Shown: piece by piece, positions 19,899 to 30,921 of the stretch | Numbering within the stretch: position 1 is the first letter of the stretch | Layout of the letters: each line of letters begins with the position of its first letter | Origin: an uncultured Planctomycetota bacterium | GTDB taxonomy: Bacteria > Planctomycetota > Planctomycetia > Isosphaerales > Isosphaeraceae | DNA length: 64,000 bases | Direction: 5' to 3' | Assembly (NCBI GenBank): GCA_963737655.1 | Contig: CAVTTN010000002.1 | Span: 7,296,001-7,360,000, forward strand | The notes under the pieces: generated by a model | The model's database searches: none | The model's input: the letters and a program-made list of their open reading frames with translations, nothing else | Told to the model about the DNA's origin: nothing | Position numbers and translations under genes: made by a program

Positions 19899-20555
19899 AT
19901 GGCCACCGTCGCCGCCGAGCCGATCGCCACGCCCGTCCCGCTCGCCGACCTCCCCGCGATCGAAGGCCCCCGGACGCTCCGCCCCTCCGACCACGGCCGC
20001 CGGATGGCGTTCCAGGACTTCATCCTCTGCAATTTCGAGGATGGGCTGTACGAGCTGGCCCGGGGAGTGATCGTCGTGACCGAAGTTCCCGGGATTCATC
20101 ACGGGCGGATCGTGACCCTTACATCGGATATGTTTACCTTCTACAATCGCGATCATCCCGGTTGGATCAACTATAGGGCCACCGGAAGCGGTTGCCGGAT
20201 TCGGCTCCCCGGGATGCGATCCGATCGCCATCCGGATTTCGCCATCTATTTGCAACCTCCGCCCGACGACGGCCCGAAGATCTGGACGCGATGGGTGCCC
20301 GACCTGGTGGTCGAGATCGTGAGCGAGGGGGGCGAGGAGCGGGATTACGTCGAGAAGCGCGAGGAATATTTGCGGGCCGGGGTCCGCGAGTACTGGATCT
20401 TGAACCCGGTCACGCGCATCCTGCACGCTCTGCGGCGCGCCGGGGACGTCTGGGAAGAGGCGACCGTGGCGAGCGACGCCTCGTATCGCTGCCCGATCCT
20501 CCCGGGTCTGGAATTCCGCCCGGTGGACCTGTTTGGCGCCGCCGATCTGGGCTGA
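19899..20555 (+). CDS. Uma2 family (DUF820) endonuclease
   Basis: PDLVVEIVS, DYVEKREEY..AGVREYWI; GGAGG RBS. Confidence 0.9.
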   Translation: MATVAAEPIATPVPLADLPAIEGPRTLRPSDHGRRMAFQDFILCNFEDGLYELARGVIVVTEVPGIHHGRIVTLTSDMFTFYNRDHPGWINYRATGSGCRIRLPGMRSDRHPDFAIYLQPPPDDGPKIWTRWVPDLVVEIVSEGGEERDYVEKREEYLRAGVREYWILNPVTRILHALRRAGDVWEEATVASDASYRCPILPGLEFRPVDLFGAADLG

Positions 20556-20666
20556 GCCGGGAGTTCGACCGCCCGAAGTCGGCCCCGGCGACGCTTCTTC
20601 TCCGTGGGCGACGATCTCCGCGCGCCCCCCTCACCTCCGTCCTCGCACCTTGATGGGAGAGCGATC

Positions 20667-21407
20667 ATGAAGCGCCTGGCTCTCGGGGCCGCCGTCGGCC
20701 TCGGACTCGCGGCCTGCCTGCCTTCGGCCCGCGCCGACGACCCCCAGCAGGAGAAGAGCTTCGAGAAGGAGATCGTCACCAAGATCAAGTACAACTATCT
20801 CCTCTACCTGCCGACCGATTACGAGAAGACGGACAAGCCGTACCCGCTGATGCTCTTCCTCCACGGCGCCGGGGAGTCGGGGTCCCCCCTGGCGAAGGTG
20901 AAGAAGCACGGCCCTCCGAAATTGATCGCCCAGGGCAAGGAGTTCCCCTTCATCGTCGTCTCCCCGCAGAGCCCCGGGATGGGCTGGAACCCGGAGGCCC
21001 TGGCCGGTCTGCTCGACGACGTGATGGCCCACTATCGGGTGGACAAGGACCGCGTGTACATCACGGGGATGAGCATGGGAGGCGGAGGGACGATCGCCCT
21101 GGCCTCGGCCTATCCCGACCGCTTCGCGGCGATCGCGCCGATCTGCGGGGCCACCCGGGGCGGGGCGGATGCGGCCCGGTCCACGGCGGCGAAGATCAAG
21201 GGGATTCCCTCCTGGTTCTTCCACGGGGCGAAAGACCCCACCGTGCCGATCGCCCGCTCGGAAGAGCTGGTCAAGGCCCTGAAATCCGACGGTGCGGACG
21301 TGAAGTTCACCATCTATCCCGAGGCCAACCACGACTCCTGGACCGAGACGTACAACAATCCCGAGCTCTATTCCTGGCTCCTCTCCCACAAGAGAGGGGA
21401 GAAGTAA
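20667..21407 (+). CDS. Secreted phospholipase/carboxylesterase-type alpha/beta hydrolase
   Basis: Signal peptide, LFLHGAGE, GMSMGG, FHGAKD, HDSW. Confidence 0.9.
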   Translation: MKRLALGAAVGLGLAACLPSARADDPQQEKSFEKEIVTKIKYNYLLYLPTDYEKTDKPYPLMLFLHGAGESGSPLAKVKKHGPPKLIAQGKEFPFIVVSPQSPGMGWNPEALAGLLDDVMAHYRVDKDRVYITGMSMGGGGTIALASAYPDRFAAIAPICGATRGGADAARSTAAKIKGIPSWFFHGAKDPTVPIARSEELVKALKSDGADVKFTIYPEANHDSWTETYNNPELYSWLLSHKRGEK

Positions 21408-21446
21408 GTCTCGCTGTCCCGCGCCGTCGAAAACCTTGATGGGAGA

Positions 21447-21534
21447 GAGGAATCGAGTCGGTCCGACTTCTGTCGGGCCGACCCGAGTCTCGAGTTTCGT
21501 AGGCCCGACTGAAGTCGGACCTGCTCGATTCCTC
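21447..21534. repeat. GTAG-type REPIN (inverted REP doublet)
   Basis: GAGGAATCGAG..GGTCCGACTTCTGTCGGGCCGAC is inverted against GTAGGCCCGACTGAAGTCGGACC..CTCGATTCCTC; each half internally palindromic. Confidence 0.75.
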
Positions 21535-21749
21535 AACATCCGCTGGGTTTTCTGCAGAGCATGCCCGTCCCCATCGGGTCAGGGATACCAGGGCTGAGAA
21601 GTTCGGCCGTTCGAACGCTCTCGACCGGCGTTGCGTTTTCGGACGGCTTCGCCGATAATCGAGCCGATGCGTTCGTCCTGGGAGATCCGTTGGGCCGGGG
21701 TGACCGTGCCCTCCGGAGGCGCAGTCCCGGGTTCGGCGAAGGGCCATCG

Positions 21750-22769
21750 ATGCCGGAAGTCACGATCAGTCTGGACAATCACGACGAAGAGCTCGCGGTC
21801 TTCGGCAGCCGCGACCAGCTCCTCCGCCAGGTCCGCGACGCCCTCCGCGTGAAGGTCCTGGCCCGTCACGGCGAGGTCCGGGTCGAGGGGGACGCCGAGC
21901 GGGTCGATCAGGCCCGCCGGGTGTTCGAGGAGATGCGCCGGCTCTACCGCCGCCAGAGGGCCCTGTCGCCGGGCGACGTGGCCGAGCTGATCGATTCGGT
22001 CGTCGGCCGGGAGCCCGAGTCGGACTCGACCGACGCGGACGTGGGCGATGGCAAGCGGTCGGTCCGCCCTCGGACCGACGGCCAGGCCCGCTACCTTCGG
22101 TCGCTGCGGGAGAACGAGCTGGTCTTCTGCATCGGCCCGGCCGGGACGGGCAAGACGTACCTGGCCGTGGCCGTGGCCGTGGCGATGCTCCGTCGCGGCC
22201 AGATCAAGAAGATCATCCTGGTCCGCCCGGCCGTCGAGGCCGGCGAGCACCTCGGCTTCCTCCCCGGGGACCTGGAGGCGAAGATCAACCCGTATCTGCG
22301 GCCGTTGCTGGACGCCCTGCACGACCTGATGCAGTACGACCAGATCCGCCGGTACATGGGCAATGACCTGATCGAGATCGCCCCCCTGGCGTACATGAGG
22401 GGCCGGACCCTCAACGACGCCTTCATCATCCTGGACGAGGGCCAGAACGCCACGGTCCCTCAGATGAAGATGTTCCTGACCCGGATGGGCCAGAATGCGC
22501 GGATCGTCGTCACGGGCGACACGACGCAGGTGGACCTCCCCTCGGGTGTCACCAGCGGCCTGGCCGACGCGGTGGAGCGCCTCCGGGCGGTCCCGGGCGT
22601 CGGGATCGTGGAGCTGAGCAAGTCGGACATCGTCCGGCACCCCCTGGTGCAGGCGATCGTCAACGCCTACGAAGCGACCGAGACGGCCGCCGTGGGGACG
22701 ATCGCGCCGAACCCGTTCGGCGCGGACCTCGCCCCCACCGGCCTGCCCGGCGTGCCCGCCCCGGAGTGA
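21750..22769 (+). CDS. phoH: PhoH family ATPase
   Basis: GPAGTGKT, RPAVEAGE.LGFLPG, YMRGRTL, DEGQN. Confidence 0.95.
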   Translation: MPEVTISLDNHDEELAVFGSRDQLLRQVRDALRVKVLARHGEVRVEGDAERVDQARRVFEEMRRLYRRQRALSPGDVAELIDSVVGREPESDSTDADVGDGKRSVRPRTDGQARYLRSLRENELVFCIGPAGTGKTYLAVAVAVAMLRRGQIKKIILVRPAVEAGEHLGFLPGDLEAKINPYLRPLLDALHDLMQYDQIRRYMGNDLIEIAPLAYMRGRTLNDAFIILDEGQNATVPQMKMFLTRMGQNARIVVTGDTTQVDLPSGVTSGLADAVERLRAVPGVGIVELSKSDIVRHPLVQAIVNAYEATETAAVGTIAPNPFGADLAPTGLPGVPAPE

Positions 22770-22886
22770 GGCGGAGGCGCGAGGGGGACGACCCCTCGGG
22801 CCCGATCCTCGCCGACGTCGGCGAGGACCACTCCGACGCCCCCGGCCCCGGCCGGCGACGTCCCCGGCCGAGAATCCCACCCAGCC

Positions 22887-25127
22887 ATGAGCATCGGTAA
22901 ACGTCGGCCTCGACCCTCCCGGGCCCAGTTACGTCCGGCCCGCCCGATCGATATCCGCCAGGGGCGCCTGGCCCAGAAGCGGGCCCGCCTGATCGGCCTG
23001 GGCCTCGTCGTCGCCTCCACGCTCGCCGCCGCGGCCATCGTCCACGGCTCGGGGCCGCCGTTCACCTACCGGGTCGGCCTCCGCGCCGACCGCCAGCTCC
23101 GCGTGAACGTCCCGGAGTTCCGCCGCAAGGACCCGCTCAAGACCAACGCCGACCGCCAGGCCGCCGAGGCCAAGGTCGCCCCGAGGATGACCCACGACCC
23201 GGCCCCGATCCGCGAGCTCGCCGAGCAGTTCGAGGACCTGGTGGACGCCGTGGCCAAGGCGCCGACCCGCGAGGATCTCCCCCCCGAGATCGCCGGTTCG
23301 TGGGACCTCGACGCCCCCGGGTTCGCCGAGCTGAAGTCGGCCGCCGACACCCCGGCGCGTCGCGAGGCCCTCCATCGCCGGATCGCCGCCGCCTTCGCCC
23401 CGTTGCTCCGGGACGGCGTCCTCGGCCCCCAGGCCCTGCCGGCCGGCGAGGATGCCCAGTTGACGCTCATGGTCCGGCCCGTCGGCGCCCCGGGCGCCGC
23501 CCACGAGGTCCCCAAGGACCGCCTCGTCCCCGAGCGGATCAAGAAGCTCGACGGCCTGGTCGCCAGGGAATTCATCGCCGCCTTCGAGACCAATCCCCGG
23601 CTCGGGGCCCAGGTCTTCGCGCTGGTCTCCGAGCGGCTGAAGGGCACGCCCACGCTCAAGTACGAGGAAGCGGCGACGGTCCGCGACCGCGAGGCGGCCC
23701 GGTCGTTGGTCCAGGACGCCTACAAGACCTACCACGCCGGCGACGTCCTCGTCGCCCAGGACGAGAAGATCACCGACGACCACCTCGCCCTGCTCCGGCT
23801 CGAACACGACACCGCCGTGGCCTCGCTCCGCCCGACCGACCGCCTCCGCCGGGCCGGTTCGGTGGTCGTGGTCGTCGCGGCCCTCTTCGCCCTGATCGGC
23901 TACTACGTCGTCCGCAACGAGCCGAAGGTGGCCGAGAGCCCGAGGAAGGTCGCCGAGCTTTGCGGGCTGGTCGTCGCCGCCCTCGGGGTCGCCCGGATGC
24001 TGGCCGCCCAGCCCTGGGACGCCGAGCTGATCCCCGTGGCGCTCACGGCGATGATCCTCGCCATCGCTTACAACCCTCATTTCGCCCTGATGGTCAGCTT
24101 CGCCCTCTGCCTGATGACCAGCCTGGCCCTCGACGCCGGGCTCGCCCATTTCCTGGTCCTGATGGGCGGGACCGCGGCCGGGGTGCTCCTGCTCGGCGAG
24201 GTCCGCACCCGGACCAAGCCGATCCAGGTCGGCTTCGTGGCGGGCCTGGGCTACTTCGTCCTGACCTGGGCCACCGGGTTGTTCCAGGACCAGCCGATCG
24301 GCCTGGTCGCCTCCGAGGCATTCTGGCGAGGCTGCTGGGGCGTGATCGCCGGCTTCTTCCTCGGAGGGAGCCTGCCGTTCATCGAGAAGGCGTTCGGGAT
24401 CGTCACCGGCATCAGCCTGCTGGAGCTCGGGGACATCACCCACCCCTTGCTCCAGGAACTCGTCCGCCGGGCCCCGGGCACCCACAACCATTCGGTGACC
24501 GTGGGCACGATCGCCGAGGCCGCCGCCGAGCGGATCGGCGCCAATGCGCTGCTCGTCCGCATCGGGGCCTATTTCCACGACATCGGCAAGATGCTCAAGC
24601 CGCATTATTTCGTCGAGAACCTCGCCGGGGCGGCCAATCGTCACGCGAACCTCGCCCCGGCGATGAGCACCCTGATCATCGTCGGCCACGTCAAGGATGG
24701 CGTGGACCTGGGGCGTCAGCACCACCTGCCCGAACCCATCCTCGACCTGATCGAGCAGCATCACGGGACGACTCTCGTCGAATACTTCTATCGCGAGGCC
24801 ACCCGGCGATCGACGTGCGACCCGGACGCCGGGGCGGTCCAGGAGAGCGCCTTCCGCTACCCCGGCCCCAAGCCCCAGAGCCGCGAGGCGGGCATCCTGA
24901 TGATCTCCGACTGCGTCGAGAGCGCCAGCCGGACCCTCTCCGAACCCACTCCCGCGAGGATCGACGGCCTGGTGGCCGAGATGATCCAGAAACGGCTCGA
25001 CGACGGCCAGTTCGACGAGTGCGGGCTGACCCTCCGCGAGATCGCCGAGATCCGCGAGAGCCTGATCAAGTCGCTGATCGGCATCTATCATGGCCGGGTC
25101 AAGTACCCCGAGCAACGCACCGCCTAG
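22887..25127 (+). CDS. 7TM-HD phosphohydrolase (PgpH-like)
   Basis: Extracellular domain, 7 TMs, PGT.NHS, YFHDIGK, HHGT, YPGPKP. Confidence 0.92.
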   Translation: MSIGKRRPRPSRAQLRPARPIDIRQGRLAQKRARLIGLGLVVASTLAAAAIVHGSGPPFTYRVGLRADRQLRVNVPEFRRKDPLKTNADRQAAEAKVAPRMTHDPAPIRELAEQFEDLVDAVAKAPTREDLPPEIAGSWDLDAPGFAELKSAADTPARREALHRRIAAAFAPLLRDGVLGPQALPAGEDAQLTLMVRPVGAPGAAHEVPKDRLVPERIKKLDGLVAREFIAAFETNPRLGAQVFALVSERLKGTPTLKYEEAATVRDREAARSLVQDAYKTYHAGDVLVAQDEKITDDHLALLRLEHDTAVASLRPTDRLRRAGSVVVVVAALFALIGYYVVRNEPKVAESPRKVAELCGLVVAALGVARMLAAQPWDAELIPVALTAMILAIAYNPHFALMVSFALCLMTSLALDAGLAHFLVLMGGTAAGVLLLGEVRTRTKPIQVGFVAGLGYFVLTWATGLFQDQPIGLVASEAFWRGCWGVIAGFFLGGSLPFIEKAFGIVTGISLLELGDITHPLLQELVRRAPGTHNHSVTVGTIAEAAAERIGANALLVRIGAYFHDIGKMLKPHYFVENLAGAANRHANLAPAMSTLIIVGHVKDGVDLGRQHHLPEPILDLIEQHHGTTLVEYFYREATRRSTCDPDAGAVQESAFRYPGPKPQSREAGILMISDCVESASRTLSEPTPARIDGLVAEMIQKRLDDGQFDECGLTLREIAEIRESLIKSLIGIYHGRVKYPEQRTA

Positions 25128-25190
25128 GGTGCTCTTGTAGCATCGCCCCATCGCCTCGAACGTCGCTTCCCCCCCGCCAACGGCCCCATC

Positions 25191-25655
25191 GTGGATATCG
25201 AGATTACCGACGCGCAAGGACATCTTCCGATCGACGCCCCCGCGCTGGAGGCCCTGGCGGCCCGCGTCTTGCGGGGCGAGGGCGTGGACTCGGCCGCGAT
25301 CTCCATCGCGCTGGTGGACGATCCGGCGATCCGGGCCCTCAACGGCCGCCACCTCGATCATGACTGGCCCACCGACGTGATCACGTTCCGTCTCTCCGAA
25401 CCGGGCGACCCCGAGCTCCACGCCGAGCTCGTCATCTCGGCCGAGATGGCGGCGACGACGGCGAGGGAATCGGGCGTCGACCCTCGCGACGAGCTGGCGT
25501 TGTATCTCGTCCACGGCCTGCTGCACCTGTGCGGGTTCGACGACCGGGACGAGGAGTCGTCGCGGGCCATGAGGCGGAGGGAGGCGGAAGTCCTCGCCCG
25601 GGAAGGGATCGCCAACACGTTCGGCGCGGCCCCGTCGTCGGGGTCGGGACGGTGA
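25191..25655 (+). CDS. ybeY: rRNA maturation endoribonuclease YbeY
   Basis: PTDVITF and HGLLHLCGFDD. Confidence 0.93.
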   Translation: MDIEITDAQGHLPIDAPALEALAARVLRGEGVDSAAISIALVDDPAIRALNGRHLDHDWPTDVITFRLSEPGDPELHAELVISAEMAATTARESGVDPRDELALYLVHGLLHLCGFDDRDEESSRAMRRREAEVLAREGIANTFGAAPSSGSGR

Positions 25656-26938
25656 GCGGCCTATCGACGGCACTCGCCCTGGTGGCGGGATTGGTCGCTC
25701 TGGCGGCCCACCTGATCTCGGTCTCCCTGACCCGGGCGTTGCGGACGTATTCACGGAGCCGCCTGGAAGAAGTCTGCGCGGCCCGGGGCCACCCCGAGCG
25801 CGCCGCCGAGGTCGCCCACTTCGACGAGAAGGCCGAGCGAGGGGCCGAGGCGCTGGCCGTCCTCAGCGGGCTGGCCCTGGCGGCCCTCCTGGGAGCGAGC
25901 GTGGCCAGGGCCGCGCCGAAGCTCGCGGGCGAGGCCGTCGTGGCGATCGCCTTGACCCTGGGCGGGATCGGCCACGTGATCGCCGGGGTCTTCGGCCGGG
26001 TCCACGCCGAGGCCGTCCTCGATCGCCTCTGGCCCCTGGCCGACCTGATCCGCCGGGCCATGACCCCCTTGACCGCCCCCGCCCGATGGGCCGAGGCCCA
26101 GGCGTATCGGCGATTCCGCCGGGGGACCGCGCTGCGGCCCCAGAGCGTCGAGGTCGAGCTCCACACCGCCTCGGACCTCCCCGAACAGGACCTGGAGGCC
26201 GACCTCCCCGAGGCCACCCGGGCCCTCGTGGAGCGAGCCGTCGAGCTCGCCCATCGCGACGTCTCCGAGCTGATGACGCCCCGATCCTCCATGGTCTGCC
26301 TCCCCGCGACGACCTCCGCCCTCGAGGCCGCCCGCGTCTTCACCGACACCGGCCGGAGCCGCGTCCCCCTGTTCGGCGAGCATCGCGACGACATCGTGGG
26401 CGTCCTCTACGCCAAGGACCTGTTCCCTCGCCTGATCGACGGCGATCCGGCCTCGGCCTCCCCGAAGAAACTCGCCCGGCCGCCGATGTTCGTCCCCGAG
26501 ACTAAGAACGCGGCCGAGCTCCTGGAGGAGTTCCGCACCCGCCGCGTCCAGATCGCCATCGTCCTGGACGAATACGGGGGCGTCGCCGGCCTCGTCACCC
26601 TCGAAGACCTCCTGGAAGAGCTCGTCGGGCCGATCGACGACGAGCACGACGAGCCCACGCCCGCCGATCCGGTCGTCCCCCTGGGCGGGTCGGTCTACGA
26701 GGTGGACGCCTCGATGTCGATCGAGGACCTGAACGAGCGATTGAACCTGCATCTGCCGACGGATGCCGATTTCCAGACCGTCGGCGGCCTCGCCTTCGAC
26801 GCCCTCGGCCGCCTGCCCGAGCCCGGCGCCTCGTTCCGCCGCGACGGCATCGAGTTCACGGTCCTGGAAGTCGCCGACCACTCGATCAAGAAGCTCCGGC
26901 TGGACCTCCAACCGGCGGAGGCCGTCGGCGGGGGGTGA
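25652..26938 (+). CDS. HlyC/CorC family CBS-domain membrane protein
   Basis: TMs, [28 protein letters not shown], CorC C-domain; GTGA coupling to ybeY. Confidence 0.92.
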   Translation: MSGLSTALALVAGLVALAAHLISVSLTRALRTYSRSRLEEVCAARGHPERAAEVAHFDEKAERGAEALAVLSGLALAALLGASVARAAPKLAGEAVVAIALTLGGIGHVIAGVFGRVHAEAVLDRLWPLADLIRRAMTPLTAPARWAEAQAYRRFRRGTALRPQSVEVELHTASDLPEQDLEADLPEATRALVERAVELAHRDVSELMTPRSSMVCLPATTSALEAARVFTDTGRSRVPLFGEHRDDIVGVLYAKDLFPRLIDGDPASASPKKLARPPMFVPETKNAAELLEEFRTRRVQIAIVLDEYGGVAGLVTLEDLLEELVGPIDDEHDEPTPADPVVPLGGSVYEVDASMSIEDLNERLNLHLPTDADFQTVGGLAFDALGRLPEPGASFRRDGIEFTVLEVADHSIKKLRLDLQPAEAVGGG

Positions 26939-27020
26939 TCTCGCCGGCCGACGGCACCGCCCGGCTGGACCGCTCCGCCTCGATCGGTCAGAATGGATGG
27001 GGTGAGCGGGAGGGCCGATC

Positions 27021-27770
27021 ATGGCGAGCGCCGGTGTCGGGATTTCGGGGATCGACCACGCCGGGCTTCGCCCGGAATCGGTCGAATTGCCCCTCCTGGA
27101 GAACGGCGATCGCCTGGATCGCCGCGAGTTCGAGCGGCGGTTCGACGCCATGCCTTCGCTGAAGAAGGCGGAACTGATCGAGGGGACCGTCTTCATGGCC
27201 TCGCCCGTGGGGCATCAGAAGCATGGCAAGCCCCATGCTCAGGTGATTTCCTGGCTCTCGTATTACCTCCTCCATACCCCCGGGGTGGACGGTGGCGCCG
27301 ACTCTTCGATCCGCCTCGACCGGCAGAATATGCCCCAGCCCGATGCGTTCCTGGACGTCCTCCCGGATAGGGGCGGACGGGTCCGCATCGACGGGGACGA
27401 CTACCTCGTGACGACGCCCGAGCTGGTCGTCGAGGTGGCATCCAGCAGTGCGAGCTACGACCTCCACGGGAAGCTCCGGGTCTATCTCGCCCACGGGACG
27501 CCCGAATATGTCGTCTGGAGGACCCGCGACCGGGCGATCGACTGGTTCCTCCTCCGCGGCGGCGTTTATGAAAAGCTTGCGATCGGGGCGGACGGACTCT
27601 ATCGGGGCGAGGTCTTCCCCGGCCTGTGGCTCGACCCCGCGGCCCTGATGGACGACGACCGCGCCGCGAGCCTCCGGGCCTGGGAGGCGGGCCTCGCCTC
27701 GCCCGAGCATGCGGAGTTCGTCGCTCGCCTCGCGATCGATCGGCATGAGGAAACGCCCCCGACGATCTGA
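27021..27770 (+). CDS. Uma2 family endonuclease
   Basis: LENGDRL..EFERR, PQPDA, PELVVEVASSS..YDL..K. Confidence 0.9.
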   Translation: MASAGVGISGIDHAGLRPESVELPLLENGDRLDRREFERRFDAMPSLKKAELIEGTVFMASPVGHQKHGKPHAQVISWLSYYLLHTPGVDGGADSSIRLDRQNMPQPDAFLDVLPDRGGRVRIDGDDYLVTTPELVVEVASSSASYDLHGKLRVYLAHGTPEYVVWRTRDRAIDWFLLRGGVYEKLAIGADGLYRGEVFPGLWLDPAALMDDDRAASLRAWEAGLASPEHAEFVARLAIDRHEETPPTI

Positions 27771-27802
27771 CCGCCGGAACCGCTTCAAGGAGTCGATCGA
27801 TC

Positions 27803-28521
27803 ATGGCGAGCGTCATCGCAGAACCGTCGAAACCGTGCCAGCCCGACGTTGCAGCCGTCCCTCCCCTGGAGAACGGCGATCGGCTGACTCGCGACGAGTT
27901 CGAGCGTCGCTACGCCGCGATGCCGTACCTCAAGAAGGCCGAGCTGATCGAAGGGGTTGTCTATATGATGACGATCGTGTCCTACGGGGGGCACGCGGCC
28001 CCTCATTTCGACCTCATCACATGGCTTGGCCTTTATCAGATGGGGACGCCCGGGGTCGAGGGCGGGGACAATGGCTCGATCCGGCTGGACCTGGACAACA
28101 TGCCGCAGCCCGACGCCTTCCTGATCGTCCGGCCCGATCTTGGCGGCCAGACGAGGGTCGGCGAGGACGATCGCCTGGAAGGGGCCCCGGAGTTCGTGGC
28201 GGAGGTGGCTTCGAGTTCGGCGAGCTACGATCTCCACGCCAAGAAGAATGCCTATCGCCGCAACGGGGTCCGCGAATACCTCGTCTGGAAGACCCGCGAG
28301 AAGGCCTTCGAGTGGTTCGCGCTCCACGAGGGGGAGTATCGCCGGATCGAGCCCGGCCCGACGGCCTCCTCCGGAGCGACGTCTTCCCCGGCCTGTGGCT
28401 CGACGCCTCCGCGATCCTCCGGCGAGACATGCCCGCCGTGGCCCGGGCGCTCCAACTGGGCCTCGCCTCGCCCGAGCTTGCGGCGTTCGTCGATCGGTTG
28501 AATCCCCGGGTTCCGGGCTGA
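27803..28521 (+). CDS. Uma2 family endonuclease, tandem paralogue (apparent frameshift about 28358)
   Basis: Highly similar to upstream Uma2; one added C gives GPDGLLRSDVFPGLWLD to TGA 28521. Confidence 0.88.
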
Positions 28522-28525
28522 CCCG

Positions 28526-29258
28526 ATGCCGGCCATCCGCACCCCGGCCCTGGTGATCCGCTCGGTGGACGTCTTCGAGACGAGCCGGGTGCTCACGCTG
28601 TTCACCCGTGAGGCTCGGCAAGGTCTCGGCGCTGGCCAAGGGGGCGAGGCGGCTGAAGTCGCCTTTCGGTTCCGGGCTTGACCTCCTCAGCGTTTGCGAT
28701 ATCGTGCTGCTCCACAAAGCGAGCGATGCGCTCGACCTCCTGACCGAGGCCGTGCTGATCGAGCGTTTCGAGTCCTTTCGTCGCGACGTGTCGTCGCTCT
28801 ACGCCGGCTTCTACATCGCCGAGCTCCTCCACGACCTGACCGACCCCCACGACCCGCATCCCCGCCTGTTCGACGCCGCCCAGGTGACCCTCCGCCACCT
28901 GGGCGAGCCGAGCATGCGACCCCGGAGGGTCCTGCGGTTCGAGCTGGCGTTCCTGAGGGAAATGGGCCTGATGCCGGCCCTGGAGGCGTGCGTGCATTGC
29001 GGGGAGCCCGTGGAGACGACCGGAGACGCGGTGGCGTTCGGCCTGGCCACCGGAGGGGTGCTCTGCCCCGGGTGCCGGCCGGGTCAGCCCCACGTGGCCA
29101 CCGTCTCCGGCCGGACGATCGCGGCGCTGAAGGCCCTGGCCGAGCCGGGCGACTCGTGGAGGGCCCCGGGCCTGCCGATCGCCTCGGCGAGGGCGACGCT
29201 CGGGGCCGTGATGAGCCACCTGATGGGAAGGCGACCGAAGATGCTGTCCTATCTCTGA
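28526..29258 (+). CDS. recO: DNA repair protein RecO (apparent +1 base about 28612)
   Basis: ETSRVLTLFTRE/LGKVSALAKGARR; zinc finger CVHC..GGVLCPGC. Confidence 0.9.
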
Positions 29259-29361
29259 CGGACCGACCAGGCCCGACGACCGGGGCCCCGCGATCGGGCC
29301 CGATTGGCCGATCGCGAGGGATCGCAGGATGCGAGCCTCGGCCCCCACGGAACGGATTCCG

Positions 29362-30792
29362 ATGAAATCGACGCCCCCCCACAACGACCCGAGGCCCCCG
29401 ACCGCGCCCGAACCCCGGGCCCGTCGCCTCCCCATCGCCGGGCTGGTCGTCGCCGTGGCGGCGGCCTCGGCGGGGTGCCAGGGCGGCACCGGCGTCCTCC
29501 GTCGATGGTCGACCACCCGAGACGAGACCCTGGCCAAGCCCCTGACCGACGCCGAATACGGCGACGCCAAGGGCCTGGTCGGCCGATGGCTCAACCCCAA
29601 GGCGCCGATGTCCGCCGCCGGGACCGAGCGAGTCGATCCCCTCCTCGCCTTCCAGAAGCGCGAGCACACCGCCGAGGACAAGAAGGCCGAGGACGACTTC
29701 AAGGCCGCCTTCGCCCTCTATCAACAGGGCAAGCTCAGCGAGGCCGAGAAACAGTTCGACGCCATCGACCGCGCCCAGATCGAGAAGAAGGGCACGGTGG
29801 TCGATCGGCTGTTCGCCGACACCAAGGCCAAGAAGGGGGACGGTGCCGACGGGATCGACGTGAAGTCCGGCCGCCGCCAGTCCTCGGTCGGCGAGAAGGC
29901 GCTGTTCTACCTGGCCGAGTGCCAGTACCAGCAGGGCCAGTTCGTCCGGGCCGACGCCTCGTATCAGAAGTTGATGAACACCTATCCCGGCAGCCCTCAC
30001 CTGGATATCGCCGTGAAGCGGCAGTTCGCCATCGCCTGCGCCTGGCTCGACGCCGGCGACCCGAAGGCCAAGCCCGAGCACCCGCCCTCGTGGTTCGACC
30101 ACTTCAACGGCCGGATGCCGCTGATCGACGTGGACGGCTACGCCATCAAGGCCCTGGAGCACGTCCGGGTCCAGGACCCGACCGGCCCCCTGGCCGACGT
30201 CGCCACCATGAAGATCGCCGAACACCACATGAAGGTCGAGGCCTGGGAAGACGCCTCCAGCACCTACGACCTCCTGATCTCCGACTACCCCAAGAGCAAG
30301 CTCCTCCGCCAGGCCCAGCTCGGCAGCATCGACGCCAAGATGAAGAACTACCTCGGCCCCGCCTACGACTCCGAGGGCCTGGAGCAGGCGAGGAAGCTCA
30401 TCAAGCAGGTCCTCAACGACTCCCCCGAGCGCCAGGCCTCCACCAACGACAAGCTCTATCACGACCTCGACCTGATCGCCGACCAGCAGGCCGAGATCGC
30501 CTTCCGCAACGGCCAGTTCTACAAGCAAACCGGCTACGTCTCGGGCGCCGAGTTCTACTTCGGAGAGGTCCGCTCCCGCTGGCCCAAGAGCCCCTGGGCC
30601 GAGAAGTCCAAGGTGGAGATGGCCGGACTCGCGAAGATGAAGCGCAAGCAGGCCCTGCCCAGCAAGATCCTCCTCCTCCCCGGGGCGCCCGACCCCTCGT
30701 CGGTCGGCAACAGCTCCGGCAGCATGGCCACCAACCCCGGCGGCATGATGGGCGGAGGTGGCGGCATGCCCACCGGCGGCGGGCCGAACTGA
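29362..30792 (+). CDS. TPR lipoprotein, BamD/YfiO-like
   Basis: Lipobox ASAGC, TPR repeats, YPGS/YPKS/WPKS motifs, upstream of lptE-like gene. Confidence 0.75.
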   Translation: MKSTPPHNDPRPPTAPEPRARRLPIAGLVVAVAAASAGCQGGTGVLRRWSTTRDETLAKPLTDAEYGDAKGLVGRWLNPKAPMSAAGTERVDPLLAFQKREHTAEDKKAEDDFKAAFALYQQGKLSEAEKQFDAIDRAQIEKKGTVVDRLFADTKAKKGDGADGIDVKSGRRQSSVGEKALFYLAECQYQQGQFVRADASYQKLMNTYPGSPHLDIAVKRQFAIACAWLDAGDPKAKPEHPPSWFDHFNGRMPLIDVDGYAIKALEHVRVQDPTGPLADVATMKIAEHHMKVEAWEDASSTYDLLISDYPKSKLLRQAQLGSIDAKMKNYLGPAYDSEGLEQARKLIKQVLNDSPERQASTNDKLYHDLDLIADQQAEIAFRNGQFYKQTGYVSGAEFYFGEVRSRWPKSPWAEKSKVEMAGLAKMKRKQALPSKILLLPGAPDPSSVGNSSGSMATNPGGMMGGGGGMPTGGGPN

Positions 30793-30921
30793 CCCGAACC
30801 AGGCGTGATCGCGGATCGTTGGGCGATCGAGGAGTCTTCGGCGATGGAACCAGCCGGCGAGAACCGGGATCAGCGGTCGCCTCGATCCCTCGGACCAATC
30901 CCGAACCCGGGGCGACCGCTC

